A stretch of 64,000 bases of DNA from Bugula neritina (lineage: Eukaryota > Animalia > Bryozoa). The stretch covers positions 19,141,700 to 19,205,699 of the forward strand of contig OZ037768.1 in assembly GCA_964035545.1 (NCBI GenBank), given 5' to 3'. Positions 35,246-49,100 of this stretch are shown piece after piece (the stretch's first letter is position 1; each line of letters opens with the position of its first letter). Under the pieces are notes generated by a model. It worked only from the letters and a program-made list of their open reading frames with translations, made no database searches and was not told where the DNA came from. The position numbers and the translations under genes are program-made.

Positions 35246-38200
35246 GCAATGTGCACGTACGGCTATACTCGTATATGTTCTTACTATGAATATATGAGCA
35301 CCTATTTTTCGCTGAAAAGTTGAATTAAATCTAATGGGCAACACTAAAACTAATTGAAAATGATAGTTGAAAACAAAAAAATACATTTGCAGAAATGTAA
35401 TTTACTTACTATACAAAAACAAACACAGTAAATATAGAGAGAAGAAACATTTTTGCCATTCGCTGTAAGATATATTAATCTCAGATTAAAATTGACTTAA
35501 AAGCATGATCAGGAACACAGCAGAACCTCTCCTAGCATAAGTGTCATTCATAAACCAAGTGTCAGTAACAAATCAATGTCACAAAATTGATTGCAACAAC
35601 AGCTGTATTTTTTATACATAACCAAATAGCAATATAATGTGATTAATTGTAGAGAATAAAATTATAGATTATATATGTGACTTTTATAACCTAAAAATAA
35701 TTCTCATCAAGATTGAACTGCCATAACAAGTAAGTTGAAAGTAAAGTCTGAGGAACTTTTCTGGATCCATAAATCACAAAAAAGGCCATTTGAAAACTAA
35801 AATTATATGAATATAATAAGAATGTTTAGCGAAGAAAGTTGCCGAGCTTTCAAATGCTTCAAACATTTATACAAAGTACAATATTAAGATGCAAATTTAC
35901 TTTAAGAAACTCCACTTTAGAAGTTACTAAGCAATTGACTATACCCAGTTTAAAGCTACAATTTGCATAATTCAATTAGCTGCTTAATTTAGTTTTTCAT
36001 AGCCATAAACGTAAATTTTCAGCGTAAAATGGACAAGCTAGTTATTTAGGTGAATAAATTTTAATAGCTTAAGCTCTTTAACTTTACTTAATATATTTTG
36101 TTAGGGGCATGGGTTAAAATTATCGTTAGAGCATAAATTCAGTTGCTACATTCCTAATCTAGAACAGTAAGCTTTTCTCAATTCTTCTGTTACTGCACTT
36201 ACATCCAGTTAGTTGGGGCTGCAACTGAACTGCTGCTATTCTTAACAGCTTTTATGGCGCAGACGTACTAGTTCAGGTTTGAAGAAAAAATCCAAGAACT
36301 TTTTTCTATATCTTCTCATTCTCAATCATTTGCTATAACCAAATTGGAATAATACATAGTTCTATCATCTAATCTTATAATACAACCTGAGGGAGATAAC
36401 TCCTGGTGTGTAAAAACTTCCATACCACATGTTGAACCTGCCAGTGTTCTGACAATGAGGTGTAAGCTAGTTGTTGAAGTAAAAAATTTGTGTTAACATG
36501 TACAAAAGCTTTTAAATCTAACATACACAATATAAAATAAACATATAGTATTTGAAATAGCTATAGTGTGAGAATAAACATATATTACAGAGTTTGACAA
36601 AGAAAATATAAAATAAACATATGGTATGGTATGGGATATTAAAGTATTATACTTTATAGAATATTAAAGATAGTATATAGGATATTAAGACCCTAGTTAC
36701 AAATTTGCCCGCTATGCATATTTTTTTATTAATAACTAAAGAGTTCAAAACTGACATAAACGCTACAAGTTTTGAATGACCTTATTTGCAATGACGCACT
36801 TTAGTTATTTTGAAAGTAAATTTTGTACTTAAAGTATCACAAACATTTGTATAATCTGCATATGATGGTTTTTGCATTAATTTATGGAAAAATTGCATGG
36901 TAAAAATTCTTCGTTATGCATACAAAGGGCTTATGTTTATTTGTTTAGTAGCAGATCATCTTGTGGTTTAGTTACTATAAGAGGAGCAAATGCCTTACGA
37001 GGTTGAGAACTTTCATGAAAACAGATGAAAAACACAAACATAAAAACTCCACTTTGATTTTTCTTTCAACCTGCTAAAGTTATATGAAGTTGGGAAGGCG
37101 ATTAGCAAATGTTATTAATATCTTATAGCTTAATACAAATGAATAATGAACGTTTATGATTAAACGGCAGCATAGACCGTGCAGCCGTCAGATATTCAGT
37201 CATGAAGAGTCCCATAAGGGTTATTCTCTGACACGAGTATTTTAAATTATAAGAAGAAGAAACTTTGAACTCGAAACTTCAAATACACATTTTCTATGCA
37301 ATTATTTTCTAGAGGCGTGAGGCATAATAGTGGGATGGAAGACTTCTATAGCCAGTCTATCTGCTCCTAAATTAAGATGACATGTTCAAAGTGTTGAAGT
37401 CTTTGTGCTCTTTATTGCATTCAGTGAAAGAAGTGTTAGCGTCCAATGAAATCAATATACATGTTAATTATATTCCGCAATTATACAGCCTTGTTTTCCA
37501 TCAAGGTTACCGCATAAGCCTCTCTTAAACCAACCCATGCATGCTTTTATTTCTGTTCAAGGTTTTGCTTATAAACTCTTACAAAAAATATTGCTTGATA
37601 GGAAATCAAAAATATTGGGACTAAAATAGCAAAAATACACAAATTGACCTTTGCACCAGTTTTATCATGTCATATGGAGTTTTCTGACTGACACTTGTCA
37701 AGGGTTGGCAGATCATGGACTGTTGACAGAGATAACTGCAATGATAATGAGTTGTAGAGTGGCATGTGTGTGTTGGAGGACTGGTAAACTGCTATCATGG
37801 TGAGGCTTGCAGTGGAGACAGTGCAGTGTCATGTTTATACCATCATATGACTTATCTACACCGCTATATACCTCTCTCAGCTAAGTACAGGAATTTATTC
37901 AGGGCCAGGAAAAAACTACGCCATAAAACACAAATTATAGAAAAATGGATATTGTAAATTAATAAATTAATATATAAGTGGAGAAAATGAAGTTATTAGT
38001 GTTATTTGTAGCATAATTCTTGAAGCTAGGAGTTATATTTCCTGATTTCGAACTGTAGCCAAATACCATCATTTTAATTGAATAACAAGCTTTTCTTTTA
38101 GTATGCTCTACAAAACTGTGGAAAGCAAAAATGCTTCTGTCCTACATAAATAACAGTTTCCTAACACAATTATTACAGCTAATACAGCTATAGTTATGTA

Positions 38201-38979
38201 TATAACTAATATTGCTATTCAAGAATTTAAATTTGATTTCTTTACATTTGAGCTTTTGTAGTGTAGCTTACAAAAAGAATCACACACCTAACTAGAGACA
38301 GAATGCAAGATGTCTTTGGAAGAAAAGGGCACAAAATTTGGAGATTTAATTTCAGATAGACAACCCCTAGATAGCTGACCATCAATATATTATTTTATTT
38401 AGGCAACCCCCAACTAGACGGCTTCCATTTAGACGACTTTATTTAAAAACGTTAACAATTGAAAAAAATAATGATATTTGATAGTAAGTTGCATTTAATT
38501 GATACTAGGTTATGTTTCAGAGTTTAAATCAATAAATATGTATGTTTAAATATCATTCTACTGATGAAATAGTGTACATGTTTGATAGCACTTCAACAAA
38601 TTTCTCAACTAATAACTCCCGAACTAAATCGATTTTCAAGAAACATTTTTGTTGCAAGTAAAAGTTTTAAAGTTTAAAGCAATCATCATCTGCATATATA
38701 TTTGATAGTAATAGTTGGGGTTGTCTAACTGGGGGAGGAGGGGGGGGGGGTTCGTCTATTTTAAATTTGGCTGTCTAATGGGAATGACACCAATTTTGAA
38801 CCTGCCTTAGATCAAGTCTAAAAAATTCATTAGCTGAATATTTCAACAGCTAATTTTAGTATTATTATGGCATGATATCCATTTTTTCTATTATAGGAAA
38901 AGAAAAGAAAATAATCCAAAACTTGTATTTTTTTAACATTCAATGAATGGTGATTTACATTATATGTGCACTCTTCAAC

Positions 38980-39305
38980 TAGGTGTCCAATCTTTTTAAA
39001 GCGAAAAGAAATATTTCATGGGAAAAGCCACATTTTAAACTTTAGCTTGTGCTAGGGGTCACAGCATCAGTATTTTTCAAATTATTTTATTCTAAATTCT
39101 TGTGAATCATTACACAATAAAGCTCTAATAGTTAATTCAGGCTGCATGTTTTGTATCATGTGTATCAATAAGACATTTAAAAGGGGGTCTTTCACTCTAA
39201 TCCATGTATACTGTAAAAAACAATTTTAGCTTTATGCTTTTGAGCGCCATATAAATGTAGGCTGGGGGCCACATCTGGCCCCGGGGCTGCCTGTTGGACA
39301 GCCCT
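38980..39305. mobile_element. Degenerate hAT-like MITE
   Basis: Left aggtgtccaa and right ttggacagccct, with subterminal ggggccacatctggcccc. Confidence 0.4.
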
Positions 39306-39802
39306 AAAATAGGCTCTTTCAGTATAGCCTTGCTTAAAAGCTGACACTGATAATCATGCAGCTATGTATATAAAGTATGTAGTGTATACATGCATACTGG
39401 AGTACCTATGCTTGTTACATAATGTATAAATATTGCTGTACATAAGTGTGATTGGAAAGTTGAAAGCTCTCAAATCCCTTCTACTGTTCTAACCATAGTC
39501 TTTCTATCATATGCAAAGAAGATAGAAAATGCTGGTGGAGAAACAAGGGCAAACAACTATCATTTTAAAAGACTGAATTTCTATACACAAAACCACTAGG
39601 GATTTAAATAAAAGCATCAAAAGTTACATCATTATATAATATGGCATCTGAAAATAGGGCATTGGCTAAATAAGCATTGTTCAAAAGATAGCATGCGTTA
39701 ATATGTGCAATTACGTTTCCAATATTGTTGTGCCATTACATATGTTATATAGTAAGACTATATACTAAGTATAAACATTATGTAGCACATTATAATACAC
39801 CT

Positions 39803-40002
39803 ACGCAAGTAATTATAGTCACCACCCACCCCTGTGAGAAAACCCTTGAGTTTTGCTAAATTAGGCTAAGGACTTATTCAGATGAGGCACAGGAGCAATT
39901 ATGGGTGGATATGCTCTTCCTCACCTTACCAATAGCCTTTGCTGGGGCTCGAACCCATGACTTCATGCTTACTAGGCAAACACTCTAACCCCCAGACCAC
40001 GG
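39803..40002 (-). mobile_element. tRNA-derived SINE, near full length
   Basis: Reverse complement of 18486-18692, with B box ggttcgagcc. Confidence 0.85.
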
Positions 40003-43000
40003 ATTATAATAATCAGTATGATATGCTCTCAAAATAATAGTAATTTTATATTTTTAGAACCAGTGCATATTACCTTAAAATAATTTTGAATTGCTTTAAT
40101 TTAATGGTATTATTTAATTATAATATGTATTCTTGAAGTGTGACAACACACCCAGTTTAATTGAAAACTGCCCAATAGAATTTTCATATTAAGGTACATT
40201 AAAAGCAAGCAAGATAAATACACAAATTTAAAAAGCTTATTTCAACATGTGATGCATCTAAAAATGATTATTTGAAGCCTGCAACAGATACATTTGGGAG
40301 ACGCACATCAAAAATAGTAAAATTGAAGTTCTAGACTAGCAGTAATAAGCTTTTAGAAGATTCTATATCATCTCAGTCTTGTAGTTTGTGTAAATTTTAC
40401 AGGTAGAAATGTCTAGCTGTAGAACAGATGATTGTGCGCTATCTTATTCTGTTTAGAAAATATAAAACAAGTTCTCAAAGGTCGATGAATGACATTAATA
40501 AGAAAATGAGACGTGTCACAAGTAATTCGATATTGTGTGCTGCCAATGAGGCAGCATTGCTAACACAAAGCCCTATTCAGGTTTCTGAGTTCTATGTTTT
40601 ACAGAAATCACAGTTTCATTATTAAAATCGAATGTGAATTAATGATTACAGAGTTTACTTCATTTAGCTATCTCATCTGCTCTCATATGATTCTACTTAT
40701 CTTTCTGTTGAGTGTGTTTTGCTGAAAGTAACTTTATTTCATGTTGAAGCAATAGCAGCTTGGGCATCTAATTTTTCTGACATATCATGGCTTGTATACT
40801 ACAACTAAGTGCAGTACTGTTTGATTGAATCTTACCAATAATGTTTAAATTTTTCAACTATATAATATGCATTTTTAGTTTAGAATAAATGCGAAAATCA
40901 GAGATGCATGCACAGGACAGTTTGAATATTAGTTGGAACGGCCATTGTGGTTTTGTAAATACATTGCGGGAAGTCTTGGCTACTCCAAAGGTACACCAAC
41001 AACCCAACAGGACACAAGCATACGCATTTATACAATATTTTAACACCAAATCTTATGAATTTCTACATGTACTGTTGTGATATCAAGTTTCCAGCTTATA
41101 GTGAAGCCCGCCTAATATTTTAAATTTTAATCAGTATATGTAATCATTCCAAATTGGCATTGTAGGAATAATAATTATTATGGTTGTGCTTTATCAATGC
41201 AATACAAAGAACAAAGCAGCTATGCACTCAAATTGACTGCAATTAGGTACAAACTTGTCAGCAAATGGCATGTAGCTAATACGATGTCAAATCTAGTGTG
41301 TTTACCTGTCAGCTATAAAGACATGCACAGATATATTGTGATGGGAAGTGTGACTTAAAGCAATAGAAGGGGTAATATTATGGCTAATACCTGCTAATAC
41401 CACTCTAGTGATGTATACACCTCATTTATGATGTCTATATTCAAGCTTTATGAAAGGGAGATTTGATGAAAAACCACAATCTAAACACTTGGAGCACATT
41501 ATAAGCTGCCATGACACCATTTAATGAACATAACCACCCGATGCTGGCTGGCACTAATGACTTGAAATATTACAAATTCCTAGCAACAAACAGCTTGGCT
41601 GGTGTCGTGGGAGAGAGAAATGGTAGTCTAGCAGCGAATGCTACTCTGCAACTGCAGGCAAAACCTGCAAAAATTTTATTTATATTGACATTCAATTATA
41701 TTTGAGTGGAAATTTTACGATTTAAACAGTTATAGTGTGGCCTATGGATGTGCAAAGTAAAATTTGTTGTGGGTCTTATTCTAGAATATTTGAATAATAA
41801 TTTAAGAGCACTTTAAAATAATAAAAGTTGTCCTTTCCTGGAGACTGTAGTTTCAAACACCAAGACCGTTGCAAAACCAAAACCACTTTATAACAGTTTA
41901 TGAGGCACTATGAAGAATGTATACTGATTGAGCATATATATCAACCTCAACTGCAAAATTTTGCTAAAATAAATATAAAACAAACCAAGAGTGCTGTCAA
42001 CAAATTTTAGCTTTCTGTGCTTAAAAGCTTTATGCATTGAAAACTGCAGTGAATGTATGTTGTGCTGAACATAGTTGATATTTGATATTGCTAAACACTA
42101 GCAAACCAACAAATAAATTCATTACTATTATCATAGCTTTAAAATAGGCTTGTTTCTTGCTTTAGCTTAGAATCTAACCCAATTTTGTCATTGCAAAGAT
42201 AGCAGTTTGAGTTTATATGTTTCCGATTTATTTACCTTTATACTATCTCCATTTCATATAATTTACCATCTGCAACCATGACTTCTATTCTTTCGAACTA
42301 TAAGGATTATTATATCATGCAAATACTTTACGCATGAATTGCTAATAACAACTTTTCAATTTACATGCTTGTATTAACATTACACTGATAAGGGGAGAGG
42401 AAAAACTTGCTAACAGTTGTGCGTCTGAGTAAGCATTATTTCAAAGTATAAATAACAAACGAATTATAGATAAATGAATATATTATGTTGAATGAACATA
42501 TGTTGAATATTCGTATTTTTGCTATTTCTAATTAGAATATCATTATTTACATGTATTTATTGCGATATAAAAATAAGTCTATGTTGTAAAAGTTTTGAAA
42601 TTACTGTAGGCTCAAGATTAGTAACATAATATAGTAAGGAGCTGGGTGTAACAGCATGTAGTGAACAAAACAGCAATTTGAGCTTTGATTACATGAATCC
42701 AGAGTCTACAAGTAATATTAGGACATACACTAAGTATTGAATATAAAGAGATGTATAAATAAAAAAATTGTGTAACCTTTAAATAGTGAATACAGAGGTG
42801 AAAATAGCTTATAACTAGTAATATGCTTGCCCATTTATGCAGAAAAATATAAGTTTCTATTTACAACAAATATAATAAAAAATATTCCACTACTCGCACA
42901 TATTATTAACTGATATTTAAACCTGACAGGCTAAACTTGACATTTCTAGTGAAGCTGTCTGGGAAAAGATAACTCCCAAAAATAAAACCGCTTTGTGCCA

Positions 43001-43173
43001 AAAAGAAAGATATGCATAAACAAAATTTTGAACACCAATAATATTGAGGAAGCATGGATATCACATAATGCACGCAAAACTAAAAATGATAATCTAACAA
43101 AAAAATCATTCATAACTGAAGTCGTTAGGAAATAAATAGTTTGACTAAACATAAGCTGGAGCAAGCAAAAGAA

Positions 43174-46100
43174 TCACACACTAACGGATGACCTTGAACT
43201 CCACTTGCTAGGGGAGTTACTGCCCCCTGTCATATTAGCATATTCCAGCATTGTCTAAAATAGATTTAAAATGTACAAAAATATGCATTTTGCGACTCTT
43301 TGAAGTCAAGGCAAGTCCAGTAATGGTTTGCATAAAACTTCAAGTCAAACGCCAAGTCAAGTAATGATTTCAGCTGTCTTGATTCAATTTGAATTTATTT
43401 ATTATGTAATACAATTCTTCTTTAAACATTTACATACATTTAACAAAAAGCAATAGATATTTACATGTTTTTGGTAGTTCAAGTTAACATAATGACTTAG
43501 CTTCGATTTTAATTAATTTAAAGTTAATATTTATTCATAAAATATGAATAGTACAGTTTTTGTAATGCAGTTGAAAAAGTCATCTAGTTTATATAGCAGC
43601 AAATTTTGTTTAATAAATCAGAAATTCTTTTCAATTGGTGGAACAAATTTGAGATATTTTCAGTCGACTATTCAACAAATACTCATAATTTGGGTTTACC
43701 AACTTTATTTGAAAACTCAAGATTAAAATGAGCAGTTTGTGACTTTTGTTTGCCTAAACTTTATAAACTAGCAGCAAGTTCATCAAGATATTTAAGTCAC
43801 GTTAAGTCGTGGTTTTAATAAGCTAACTCGAGTTAAAAAAGTTCAAGTACTCAAGTTGACAACTGCCAATGTGACTTAAACCTACAAGATCTCTGGATTC
43901 CACTCTATTATAAAATAAATAAAATATTTATTAGTCTTTCTTTAGTTATGAAAAAAACTGTATGTTCAACAGATTAATGAATCAGTATAATCAAATTAGA
44001 GAGAGACATACATAAAAACTGCACCAGGAAAAAATAAATAAAACAAAAGTACATAAACAAAAGATGTATTGAATAGAAGTAAAAGCATTAAAGAAAAGCA
44101 TCTAAAAACACTAATGAAAATGATAATGTGGATAAACACAAATTATGCTTGAAAACTTAAAACAGTTAATTTTCTACGGGTACCATGACCTTTGGCTTAC
44201 CTTGTATATGAAGGCATAGTGAGCAGTAGTATGAACAGCTCCCGCCCTATCTTGACGCAGCTTATAAACACAGTTCATCACATCCACTGTGTAACTATCA
44301 TCGTATGTTTGCAGGCATCTTTCTATGGCCAGGAAGGTGCCTGTGCGGCCAGTACCAGTGCTACAAAATATCGATATTACAATGACTCATTGCTGCCTTT
44401 CACTTTCCACCATTAATTTGATGCCGTGCTGGCGCAGTGAGAACTTTAGTATTATTAGAAAAGGTACTACAGACAGAGTTACCAGCAATCCACAGCAAAA
44501 TACCTTATTCTGAATAGTATAAAACAAGTAGTGAACTACAGTATCTAAGCATCATGGTTTTGATTATAAAACCAGTAAAAATATACATGTCGCGTAACAA
44601 ACAATTCTATTACCTGCAATGCACGACAGTTGGGCCATGACTGATTTCCATATATGGGCGTGCATCTTTTATAAACGTCAGGAAGTTGCATACTGACGAC
44701 GGAGTTCCTTTGGAGGGGAAATCCAAATATTGAAAGTGAACAACATCGCGACACAGGTTTAGCTGAAACAAGCATATAATATAATACATATGTAATATAT
44801 GCTGCAAAATATACTATATTATGCTCATGCGGCACACATTATATTTCACATGTAATGCATATTATAAGGGATAAAGAAGAAGCTAAACATCAGTATCTGT
44901 TGAGGATGGTAAGGCTGTTGCTATGGCAGTGTTATAAAATAGTTGAGGTCTTGAAAAAACTAACTTTTGCTTAGCTCTATAAAATATTTTGAGTAGAAAT
45001 AGTAACACCTTGCTGTGATTCAAACCTGGAACTGTGCAGATGTTGAGGTTTGATACATATTTGATGATACAGTGCAATGCTCAAAAATGAGAAAAGACTT
45101 AGGATTAACTATCACTACATCGCAATGCTTCAAACGGGATGCTCATATGGATTACATCGAATGAAAAGCCACACGTTCCTATGCAAGTTGTACAAAGATG
45201 TCTTTTCTAAATAGAAGACAACTCCTCTTTAACTTTTGCCAGTTGTACACGAACTTTGTTGCTAAGTTATAATGTAAACAAACATGGCCGCCCCATGATA
45301 ATTTTATACAACTCACTCTGCCCCTCCCCTCAAAATACAAATTGTTGAATCCTTAGATGAATATTACCAACACTATTGTCACAGCTAAAATGTAGATGGC
45401 TACTCTTCTTGACTTTCACATTAGCATATAGAGTTAGAGCATTCCTAGCAAAAACAAACAAAAATGTATACAGTTGTTGAGATACAAACCTCCATATTCT
45501 TTATAACTAAGCAGCTGAATATGTACTGATCTCTAATTAGCTTCTTCTTCAGGAAGATTTCGTAGTCACCGTGAACTGAGATGGAGTCAACCCCATCTGA
45601 CTGAGGCAGGTACTGAGCACACCGGTACTACAAGAGATATTCCGTAGTGTGACTAACACTCAGTAATGTGAATAACACTCAGTAGTGTGACTAATACTCA
45701 GTAGTGTGACTAACACTCAGTAGTGTGACTACAGCACTCAGTAGTGTGACTAATACTCAGTAGTGTGACTAACACTCAGTAGTGTGACTAACACTCAGTA
45801 GTATGACTACAGCACTCAGTAGTGTGACTAATACTCAGTAGTGTGACTAACACTCAGTAGTGTGACTAACACTCAGTAGTGTGACTAACACTCAGTAGTG
45901 TGACTAACCCTCAGTAGTATGACTACAACACTCAGTAGTGTGACTAATACTCAGTAGTGTGACTAAGACTCAGTAGTGTGACTAATACTCGGTAGTGTGA
46001 CTAACAAGATATAAACAGAGTAAGAAAAAGCAATATATAGTCTTGCAGTTTTTTATATTTCCAGTGAAAAATCTCAAAAGATCCTCATTTCAAGGGTTGC

Positions 46101-49100
46101 TAAACCCAGTGCTTACTTACATGAAATATTTTATGAGCACGCAGTGATACAATTTCAACATCCCCCAGTTCTAAACTGAGTGACCTGCTGACATAAAATC
46201 GGAACTTCTGATTGGACCACACAGAAATCACCAGCTGAGTTGAGGCAATTTTATCGACTTACATCCATAACTGCCTCTCCTATAGCAGTCAGTCTACATA
46301 ATTTCTGACAGCACACTTTTTCCAATTGGTGAATTGTTGTTAAAATTATTATTCAATCATTACTTTCTTAGAGTTGTCCTCTCCTACCTGGTTGTCCTCG
46401 ACCCAGTTCATCAGCATGACAATAACTTGTGACTGATTCTCCCAGACCATAGTCCAGAAGTCAACCACGGTGTGTTGCAGTGGAGCCTGGGTGGCAATAT
46501 ATGCTTTGGGGGATCCATTGTAGCCCTTTGAAAATCATATATTCAATAACACTGAACCAATAACTAAATAAACCTCTAAAACTATGTAAAATGGTAATTT
46601 CATTAAAAAAAGATTATTCTATCTTAGAAATTGGTGACTTAGTTGTTTAAAACATGTACCTTTATATAATTAGCATTAATGTATTGGGAGTTGCCTGTTC
46701 TTGGCTTGGATGTGAGGATAACCCTTGATGACTCAACTAAAATAATTGAAAAATGAAATTTTACAAGGAATCAAAAAAATTGAGCAGATTATCTAGGTTG
46801 AAAAATATAACTGCATGTATATGTGAGTAAAGCACGAAAATTCAGTGTTAGTGTGTGTAAAACTGACTTGTAAAGAGTGATTATAAAACACTATCAGCTA
46901 GTGACTCAATTCTGTCTGTATTATATCATACTTGTAATTTATTGCTGCATATTTCAGCACTTCAGTATACACAAATGGGACAATTAAACATTCTTACCAT
47001 GTAATATTTTATGCCGATAAAACAGCTTTAAAATGATATATTTCTGAAGCTCATTCATAAATATAACCAAACTCAAAAAGCAAAGCAATGGCAGAAATAC
47101 CTACGGGGTATAACATTGGCGTATCTGTTCTTAGTCTGAGCACCTTCAGGCAAACTGCACATTTTAGGCATGTTGCTTGGAATACTTTTGAGCTCCTCTT
47201 CTAAATAGTCCATCTCTAACGACCTTGTAGAGAGCTTGCTCAAGGTCATTGTGTTAGTGTAAGAAAGCTGAAAACACACGTTAAATACCTGAAGGTACAG
47301 CTTGCAGTAGAAAACTTGGAAATAATATGTTCAAGGGTGAAAAGATATAATTTATAAGTAGGTATATGAAGTTCAAGACAAAACTCTAGGCTAGTCTGAC
47401 ATGTTTAGGTGATACCCAGTTATATATCATATTATGTTATATGAGTTACTATTTACCATACAGCACTTCTACACAGCTAAATTACCAACAGGGTTTAAGG
47501 TGGCAGACAGTTTTCATAAAACACTGATATTTGTTGCTGTAGTAGACACTGTATGTTTATGAAAGAGCTAAGAATTGTGCACGAGTGTAACAAAGTTTTG
47601 ACAAATGAGCAGCTTTGATAGAAAATAGCACTGGATACAGCTCAAGAAAACAAGGCAACTCATTTTGTAAATAAAAGCTACTTTTAAGATGTTAAATAAC
47701 AAATCCTAATTTGAAAAGACGTTGCTTTGATATTAATTTCATGTTACAGCTCGTGCACATAATAGCAATTCCCAGTTTAGACTCAACACTATGAACATAG
47801 CCAAGATCCTAAATGCATAGTTTGAAAAACAGAGTTCTGGATGCCGTGTTCTCAGGCAACACCCGTATAATTACTGAATGCCTATAGCCTAAGGCTATTA
47901 ATTATGAGCCACTCTACTTGAATACAGCTCCCTATATAAGCATATCAGGATATGACATCATCACAGTCAGCATACCTCATCAGTGGTAAATCCCGGGTTT
48001 GTTTTAAGAGTAGACCGGAAAGACCTGTTTCCATGTCGTTTAGCTGTACTGAACTCGCCAGTGGTGACAGATAGAGAACTTAGGCTATAGTTATCATCGT
48101 GATGAATACTCGGTCTCATGAACCGTCTGCGTTGCTGCGACTTGTGCCGCTTGAAGATAACCTGCAGAAAGAAAGCATCAAAGAGACTTCAAACTAAATG
48201 AAATATACAATAACTTCTTATATAACCACAGTACTAAAACCTAACTCCACTATCCACCTTCACATTGTATGTGCAAACCAAATTACAAACAAGTACAGAT
48301 TGTAGGTTATCGTTCTCTCACTTGGCTACTTAGAAACGAAATCGGGAGTTTAGTGAGCATTGACACTGCTTACAAATCTTTGACATATTATTGTAGAAAA
48401 AAAAAATTATAATTAAAAACATTTCTCAAAACATCAAGTTATATAGATCTAAGAAACTATAGGTATTTTGAAGACAGCTATACTTGTAAATTCAGTAATG
48501 TGTGGGTTTAATAGGCAGTGTTTGAAATATAATCCATATGCACCCAGATGTATCTGGTTCAACAAATTATGTACAGTATAAAGTCACAAAGTAAAAATTA
48601 ACTACCCTAGAGTATTTTAAGTAAAGCTATTATGTGAGAAATAATTGAGCGTTAAATTAATTCAAGATTCTATGGTTTTAAACAGGAATGTGTTTTGACA
48701 TCCTTAACTTAGAGTGACTGACAACTCAACAGTATTATGGGATCTCCAACTACCAATGTAACATTTAGGTGCAGTAAAAGAGAATATTTAGTAGCCTTAG
48801 TTCTTTAATTTTTTTGTTAAACTTTTGTTTGGAGCCCGGGTTGAAATTATCGAAAAAACATAACTTACTTAACTACATTTGTCATCTGGAAGTTTTTCCA
48901 ATTTATCTTTTACTGCACCTACTCCCAAATTTGCTCATAGCAAATATACAATCAGAATAGGCTAATTGAGAAATAAAACAAGGCAATAGGGAATTGAAAC
49001 TGTATAGGGAATTGCGCTAAATGTTGTCTCACAATTGAAACATGTTGGTGGAATTAACTGAAATGTAGTTACACTTTAGCAACAAAATTGGATTAGAAAG

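Noticed and set aside
34892-35386. 164-aa hydrophobic ORF upstream of frizzled
   Set aside because: Translation of an AT-rich tandem repeat.
38350-38790. Degenerate inverted tagacaacccc / ggggttgtcta motifs
   Set aside because: Probably an old MITE, but termini and TSD could not be defined.
40428-40625. Exon-like + strand ORF (KYKTSSQRSMNDINKKMRRVTSNSILC...)
   Set aside because: No recognisable homology or partner exons, so I cannot support it as a gene.
45644-46006. Regular repeats superficially like a CRISPR array
   Set aside because: Head-to-tail units without unique spacers, in a eukaryotic intron, with no cas genes.
47976-48161. Kinase-interaction motif (KIM) expected in R7-type PTPs
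   Set aside because: Basic clusters are present but there is no convincing LxxRRGSxxxLxL match.
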